This document shows positions 26,992-32,000 of a stretch of 32,000 nucleotides of DNA, piece after piece. Source of the stretch: Desulfotalea psychrophila LSv54 (GTDB lineage: Bacteria > Desulfobacterota > Desulfobulbia > Desulfobulbales > Desulfocapsaceae); assembly GCF_000025945.1 (NCBI RefSeq), contig NC_006138.1, positions 3,360,001 through 3,392,000 on the forward strand, given 5' to 3'. How positions within the stretch are numbered: position 1 is the first letter of the stretch; every line of letters starts with the position of its first letter. Both the position numbers and the translations under genes were made by a program. The notes under the pieces were generated by a model. The model was given only the letters and a program-made list of their open reading frames with translations. It was not told the origin of the DNA and did no database searches.

Positions 26992-28860
26992 CTAAAAGCT
27001 GATGCTCAAACCCAACTCGCCCCCATAACTTGTTACCTCGGAAGCAAAGGCCAAAACCGAAAACGAGCCTTGAAGCATTACCCGTGAATTGAGTTTATAG
27101 GAAGTGCCTACTGAGATGGTGGCCCAATCGCTGGCTGCGGGGACGGCGTCCATGGAGTAGGAAGGAGCGTCAGCCGTGGTGATTGAGGCTGTTACCGTAT
27201 CATCCCGTTCAGACCATTCGTGGTTCCATTTTGCTTCGGCAAAAGGTCGCCATGCATCCACATCCATCGACACGCTCCAACCAAGCTGACTGACCGCGGA
27301 ATAGCGCTTAATATCTGCAAAAGAGAGAGCCGTAAGACCGGTGGTACCGGTTTCAGTGAAACTGTTAAGTTTAACTCTTTGTAATACCAAGCCTATGACA
27401 GGGCCGGTGGTGACAGAGCCAAACTCAAAATCGTTGCCCATACTCAGAGCAAAGGCCAGAGACTGACCGTCGGGATCAGAACTGTTTACATCGGTAAAGA
27501 TACCTAATTGTACCGGGCGAGATATGTCGTTTTGAAACGCACCGTATGTTGCCACGGCATTAGCCCAAACCGAACCGGCCTTGAAAGCAGTATAGAGGCT
27601 TATTGCCTCGTCCGTTTGATCGTAATGGCCACCAGTAGAAAAATCTTGTTTCTGGTCACTGGCTGTAATCGCTGCACCCACGATGAGACCACTGGACGTT
27701 TGATAATCCACGCCTATCGAGCCATTAATAGGGGTACCGGAAGCTGTGGCAAAGCCCGCGTTATTATCAATTTCTCGATAGTTGGCGCCAGCACTGGTCC
27801 AGACATTGATACCGTTTGGGCCGCGATGTTGCTCCGAGAGGTCAATCTGACGTTGAATAGTGGCTGTGCGCGCTAACCCACCCTGCACCCCGCCTTCGGT
27901 GATCAGTGACATTTGACTAGGTGCAACGAGCAGACTGTACTCATAATCGGCCACGATGGTTTGCCCCGCTGTGGTTAAGTGCGCTTGATCGATGTACAGA
28001 TCGTCCTGCTGAGCAGCCGGGGTAAGAATGGCGATCAGGGCACTAGGGACAGTTGAGGCTTTAGGCACCACTGAAGCTTCGGTAAATCCAAAAAGGGTGG
28101 GATTTTTCACTACGTACTTTATGACACTGTTCATATCGGCGGGAATAAAGTTAACCCCCTTCGTCTCCAGCAAGGACCAGAGAGTTGTTTCATAATCGAG
28201 CGAACGTTGGTATCCAGCAATATTCTCAGGAGCCAGCTCTCCTCCCAAAACTGCAGACCAGGCATAATAGCTGGAATTCGGTACGATAATAGTGCGAGCA
28301 CCTGCTGATTGCAGAACTTTGATTTCCGATGCCAGAGCCACTGCCTGATCACTCAGATAAGTGGAGCGGGTGTCAAGCCATGTTGGGTCCTTATCCAACT
28401 CATCCTGAACCTTAATCAGATCGTTGTCGCCGGATTTGATAACATAGAGCGCGTTGGGGTTGGCCACACCATTAACCGAGTTGAGGTAGTTCTTCATCTG
28501 CTGAACAGCGGAGACGAGCACGCTCACCTCGATCGCCGCATAGGAGTGACCAATAGCATAGTTGGTTCCTCCGCCACCAATCGGTGCGGCGCTCAAGCCA
28601 AACTTTCCTGCCAGTATGGTGGTAGACATCAGCCCGTTTCCTGCAAAGCCACCTTTGGCTCCTTGAGCAACGGCGGCAACGATGGCAACATCATTATCAG
28701 GAATTCCCGTCGAATGATAACGAAAATAACCACTGTCCAGATTACTATCGCCAACTCCAACAAATTGATTGAACCCTTCAGCACAGGCTCCGTTGGCAAG
28801 GGTTAGAGTGGCGAAGGTTAGTAATCCGGTTGAGAGGGCAAGTTGCTTCAGTGTTAACAT
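26992..28860 (-). CDS. Autotransporter with SGNH/GDSL esterase passenger domain (EstA-like)
   Basis: ORF trimmed to the ATG at 28860 (GGGAGA RBS). Signal MLTLKQLALSTGLLTFATLTLANGACA. GDSL block VGVGDSNLDSGY, catalytic DxxH block IDQAHLT. About 280-aa C-terminal beta-barrel ending ...GLSISF. Confidence 0.85.
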   Translation of the reverse strand: MLTLKQLALSTGLLTFATLTLANGACAEGFNQFVGVGDSNLDSGYFRYHSTGIPDNDVAIVAAVAQGAKGGFAGNGLMSTTILAGKFGLSAAPIGGGGTNYAIGHSYAAIEVSVLVSAVQQMKNYLNSVNGVANPNALYVIKSGDNDLIKVQDELDKDPTWLDTRSTYLSDQAVALASEIKVLQSAGARTIIVPNSSYYAWSAVLGGELAPENIAGYQRSLDYETTLWSLLETKGVNFIPADMNSVIKYVVKNPTLFGFTEASVVPKASTVPSALIAILTPAAQQDDLYIDQAHLTTAGQTIVADYEYSLLVAPSQMSLITEGGVQGGLARTATIQRQIDLSEQHRGPNGINVWTSAGANYREIDNNAGFATASGTPINGSIGVDYQTSSGLIVGAAITASDQKQDFSTGGHYDQTDEAISLYTAFKAGSVWANAVATYGAFQNDISRPVQLGIFTDVNSSDPDGQSLAFALSMGNDFEFGSVTTGPVIGLVLQRVKLNSFTETGTTGLTALSFADIKRYSAVSQLGWSVSMDVDAWRPFAEAKWNHEWSERDDTVTASITTADAPSYSMDAVPAASDWATISVGTSYKLNSRVMLQGSFSVLAFASEVTSYGGELGLSISF

Positions 28861-29194
28861 GAAAATCTCCCGTAATTGGTGTATTCGCACGACAAATCAT
28901 ACTGCACTTTTGGCAGAGAATTGCAGAGGTGTAAGAGAGCAACTGTCTCCACAATTTGGCCACCATGAAAGCTTTCTGGCAATCGTACTTTTCAGAGACA
29001 TCCCCTAATATTAAAAGACTACATCCATATTATGGCAATGTAGCCTATCTCTTTGTACTCGTTTATTTACTATACATTTTCCTATCATAGACCCCAAGGA
29101 GATATTAATCAATTTAATATCTCTGCCAAGCAGATTAGCTTCAGTGAATCATCTATTTCAACATGGCCCTGTTGGACACATAGAAGCGAACAAG

Positions 29195-29455
29195 AGATAC
29201 TAGATACTAGAAAAAGCGAAAAAAAAAGTTAACCACTGCTTATGAGGACACAGAGGGAATTAATTAAAAAGCAGAGAAAACAGATCAAGAAACAGGAAAA
29301 GCAGATACGAGATGCTAGATACTAGATGCTAGAAAAAGCGGAAAAACAAGTTAACCACAGAGGACAATGAGGACACAGAGGGAATTAATTAAAAAGCAGA
29401 GAAAACAGATGCTAGATACTAGATACTAGATGCTAGAAAAAACGGAAAAACAAGC
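29195..29455 (+). repeat. Second tandem array of the same repeat family (unit tail plus two units of about 122 and 106 bp) with heptanucleotide AGATRCT tracts
   Basis: GTTAACCAC starts at 29228 and 29350. 29204-29247 is identical to 26531-26575 over about 45 nt. AGATRCT runs lie at 29303-29332 and 29407-29436. Confidence 0.85.
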
Positions 29456-29731
29456 TCAACCAATAACCTTCCCCTTGAATAAGCCATAGCCCTTTAGTAT
29501 TACAAACAAATGCAGTTAAAAGAGGCGTCAGGAAATTAGCATTTCCCTGTAAACCACAGAAGCTACGCGGCGCCTAAACCACAAAAACAACCTCGTGGCT
29601 CATTCGGAGTCGTTATTTTTCTGTTGTAGCACTTGAATGTGGGAAGAGTTGATAGAAAGATTAAGATGAAAAGGATAAAAGTAGCTTTTCCAGATGTTAC
29701 TCGCAGTTCAGCGATTAAAGGGCTAAGAAGA

Positions 29732-30649
29732 ATGGAAAAAATTTATAAGTATTTTAGGTACGATGTTCTTGATTTGGTTTTTCGCAAAAAAGGATATTGT
29801 GGTGTTAAATGTTCATTGCCACAAGACTACAATGACCCGTATGAACTTTTCTTAGGGATGGATTTGTCTATTCCACCAGAGCATCTCGCATTTTATTACG
29901 ACATAGTCAGTGGGATTCCTCAAAACCCAACGACATGCTTCTCTTATTCTCCTATCGTTTCACCAATGTGGGCTCACTACGCGAATAATCACTCTGGCTT
30001 TGTACTCGAATTTGACCTTGAGGGCTTACAAAAACACTTTGAAGGAAATCCGCTCTGGAACGTATCTTATCGTAAAGCTCCTCTTGAAAACTTAAAGGAA
30101 ATACTAGCTAGAGCTGCTGGTACACTGAAGCCTCGTCATTCATACGCACTACAGGAAGCTGTTTTCGTTGAATCATATTTCTCTAAATATGATCAATGGG
30201 CATACGAACAAGAATGTCGATTCGTTGATATGACCAAGATCACTGAAAATGTAGCTGGCGATGATATTTTATTTATACCATTGGAATTTGTTACCGCATT
30301 TATTGCAGGTCCTAAATATCCAACGGATAAGATTCAACACTCATGTGATATATCCTCAATAGCGGACATGAAATGGTATGAACTTGTTATTGGTAAAAGC
30401 CATCCAAAACCCTACATTAAAGCCCAGAATAACGAAATTTTTATTTTCGAAGACAAGCAATTAGTTTTATCAACTAACAATTGCAGTAGTTGTTCTGAAC
30501 CTCTAGTTAACGACAACAAGCTTTGTCCGTGGTGTGCGATCACTGAATCCCATAGAAAAGTTGCTGCTCAACACAATCCGTTCAGAATGATAAGTGCCAT
30601 GGGAGGCTTAGACGATTATATGGAGGCTATGAATAAAATCGGGCGGTAG
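29732..30649 (+). CDS. DUF2971-family protein with C-terminal zinc-ribbon
   Basis: ORF 29633..30649, probably starting at ATG 29732 (MEKIYKYFRYDVL). Family hallmarks as I recall them: YKYF..., DYNDPYELF, MWAHYANNHSGFVLEF. C-terminal CSSCSEPL-x8-CPWC. The gene is visibly AT-rich relative to its neighbours. Confidence 0.65.
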   Translation: MEKIYKYFRYDVLDLVFRKKGYCGVKCSLPQDYNDPYELFLGMDLSIPPEHLAFYYDIVSGIPQNPTTCFSYSPIVSPMWAHYANNHSGFVLEFDLEGLQKHFEGNPLWNVSYRKAPLENLKEILARAAGTLKPRHSYALQEAVFVESYFSKYDQWAYEQECRFVDMTKITENVAGDDILFIPLEFVTAFIAGPKYPTDKIQHSCDISSIADMKWYELVIGKSHPKPYIKAQNNEIFIFEDKQLVLSTNNCSSCSEPLVNDNKLCPWCAITESHRKVAAQHNPFRMISAMGGLDDYMEAMNKIGR

Positions 30650-30774
30650 GTGAAAAAACTAACGAACAAGGATAGATCGTAAAAGGATAGCGATCCACGA
30701 TCTTATCCTACTGTGTTGTGCCATGAGACGCGGAGGCGATATCACCTCCACGACTCAACCGTATCAGCGGTAAT

Positions 30775-31509
30775 CTACTCTGCCTCTGCCTTTTCCTCGT
30801 CTGGCTTCTTGCCGGTTCTGCGCTTGGCCAGCTCATTATTTTGTTTAACAAACTGAGCAATATCGGCGCTAATGCTGGCAAATGTTTCCGGCTTGACCTT
30901 GCTCATAACATTCATATACTCAATAAGGCTACCATTAGTAATCTGGATTACCTCAGCTTTTAATCTTGTGGCCGAGGCGAGACTCTCCTTGCCAGCAATC
31001 AGCTCTCCCTGGGACATGGCGATGTTTTCAAACTCCTCTTGGGCCGTGGCCAGGATGCTGATCGAATCGTCCATCCCTTTGAGATTGGCAATAGCCTTAA
31101 CAATATCCGGTTCTGCCAGATCAGTCAGCAGAGAGTTGATCCTGGCAGACTCGGCACTGTAATCCTCTCTCTGAATTCCCATACCATATTGACTGAGCAC
31201 CGCATCTATCACCGCTGCAGCCTCCTTCATTTTGGGGAGAGGGATGTAGGTGTAGCCATCCACCAGGTAAAACAGTGCGCGTATTGCCTCGTCCCGCACC
31301 TCATCTTTTTCTGCTAGTTGCGAATAGGCCTCCAGGCGATTAAGGGCCAGGGTGAAATCATCATCGAGGGTGGTGAGTTCTGTTAAAATAGGGCTGAGGT
31401 AGGTATCACTGCTCCAGTCATTTTTGCTAAACTCTTTGAGGATACGTGTTGCCAGGTTGTTAATATCTGCGTTTCTACTGGATTCTCTAACTTTGCTAAT
31501 TGTTGCCAT
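30775..31509 (-). CDS. Hypothetical acidic all-helical protein (244 aa)
   Basis: ORF trimmed to the ATG at 31509, preceded by GGAGG with an 8-nt spacer. No catalytic motif recognised. The pattern AEKDEVRDEAIRAL...AAAVIDAVLSQYGMGI...YSAESARINSLLTDL vaguely recalls an uncharacterised family known mainly from Bacteroidota (DUF6261-like; unverified). Confidence 0.55.
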   Translation of the reverse strand: MATISKVRESSRNADINNLATRILKEFSKNDWSSDTYLSPILTELTTLDDDFTLALNRLEAYSQLAEKDEVRDEAIRALFYLVDGYTYIPLPKMKEAAAVIDAVLSQYGMGIQREDYSAESARINSLLTDLAEPDIVKAIANLKGMDDSISILATAQEEFENIAMSQGELIAGKESLASATRLKAEVIQITNGSLIEYMNVMSKVKPETFASISADIAQFVKQNNELAKRRTGKKPDEEKAEAE

Positions 31510-31746
31510 CACTACAGCCTCCAATTTGAATTAAAAGACAAAAAAACTCTGAAAACATATGTGCTACCAAAGCACATCAGCTACATCTCTTCTTGAGTTA
31601 AGGGGCAAAGAGTAACTTTGTCAAGCACCCCAGCCCATGCCACCAAAGATTCTCACCAAGATGCATGGCCTTACCTAAGTATCTGCCAAGCCATAAGCTT
31701 CAGCGAGGCAATAAAGGGATGGGCAAGGGGCAAAGGGGAAAGGAGG

Positions 31747-32000
31747 TCGTCTACAGATGGAGAAAGCCTGAAACACCGAGGAGACGAGCAATATACAGAT
31801 GTATAAAGCCTCAAACACCGAAGAAACAGACAATATACAAATGTATAAAGCCCCAAACACCGAAGAAACGGACAATATACAAATGTATAAAGCCCCAAAC
31901 ACCGAGGAGACGAGCAATATACAGATGTATAAAGCCTCAAACACCGATGAAAGAGACAATATGCAAATGTATAAAGGCTCAAACACCGAGGAAACACAAT
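31747..32000. repeat. Tandem array of 42-bp units, each with a TATACA-NN-TGTATA inverted repeat; truncated by the window edge
   Basis: CAATAT(A/G)CA starts at 31789, 31831, 31873, 31915 and 31957 (exact 42-bp period). A degenerate unit lies before 31789, and another unit begins at the edge. Confidence 0.85.

Noticed and set aside
28910-28925. Sigma-54-like element TTGGCAGAGAATTGCA on the plus strand.
   Set aside because: GG-to-GC spacing is one nt shorter than the TGGCAC-N5-TTGC consensus. It points away from the esterase gene, and the next plus-strand gene starts about 800 bp downstream beyond a repeat array.
26503-29455. CRISPR interpretation of the repeat arrays (also considered for 31747-32000).
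   Set aside because: There are no unique spacers between short conserved repeats: entire 109-122 bp (or 42 bp) units are reiterated. No cas genes are present in the window.
30669-30749. Imperfect hairpins between the convergent DUF2971 and hypothetical genes (AGGATAGATCGT...ACGATCTTATCCT; GGAGG-N8-CCTCC) as terminators.
   Set aside because: The stems are short or bulged and neither is followed by a T-run on either strand. They may still act as a bidirectional stop, but the support is too weak to list as a feature.
31671-31997. ORFs of 108 aa and 103 aa on the minus strand across the 42-bp array (Cys/Leu/Tyr-rich 14-aa repeats).
   Set aside because: The period is a multiple of three, so several frames stay open automatically. 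Two overlapping frames are open at once. No RBS or start context is visible, and unit differences show no obvious synonymous bias. Coding is not fully excluded because the array runs off the window.

Overview
The window splits into a conserved left part and a mosaic, more AT-rich right part. The host looks like a diderm anaerobe; the gene content would fit Desulfobacterota, but that is a guess. (1) 61-12159, minus strand: one tightly packed 12-gene operon. It encodes a TonB-dependent outer-membrane receptor, a BtuF/FhuD-type binding protein, a FecCD permease and an ABC ATPase fused to a second P-loop NTPase domain. These are followed by a divergent CcsA-like/ResB-like heme-handling membrane pair and a complete TonB2-type energiser (DUF3450/TtpB-like, large TtpC-like MotA/ExbB protein, ExbB, ExbD, TonB, TPR protein). 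I consider the heme-handling pair embedded in an import operon the best candidate for an undescribed system. (2) 12715-19908, plus strand: a periplasmic selenocysteine formate dehydrogenase locus. It holds a polyferredoxin broken by a 1-nt frameshift exactly at a cluster Cys/UGA codon, a TorD-like chaperone, a 70-aa Tat-signal protein, FdhA with in-frame UGA at 16141, FdhB and FdhC. Two 23-bp palindromes of identical geometry (wAATATGCA-N5-TGCATATTw) precede the locus and the fdhA sub-operon. (3) 20036-22952, minus strand: a ModE-N-terminal-only regulator, moeA and moaA, with a probable Moco riboswitch leader upstream of moaA. (4) 23000-32000: accessory region. It contains a secreted 34-aa CX3CX3C-X9-CX3CX3C peptide, an IS remnant, a chemoreceptor, and a GDSL-esterase autotransporter bracketed by a purine-rich 109-122 bp repeat family with variable heptanucleotide tracts. 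It also holds an AT-rich DUF2971/zinc-ribbon gene, a helical hypothetical gene, and a 42-bp tandem array running off the right edge. All functional calls come from reading motifs by eye; no searches were run.
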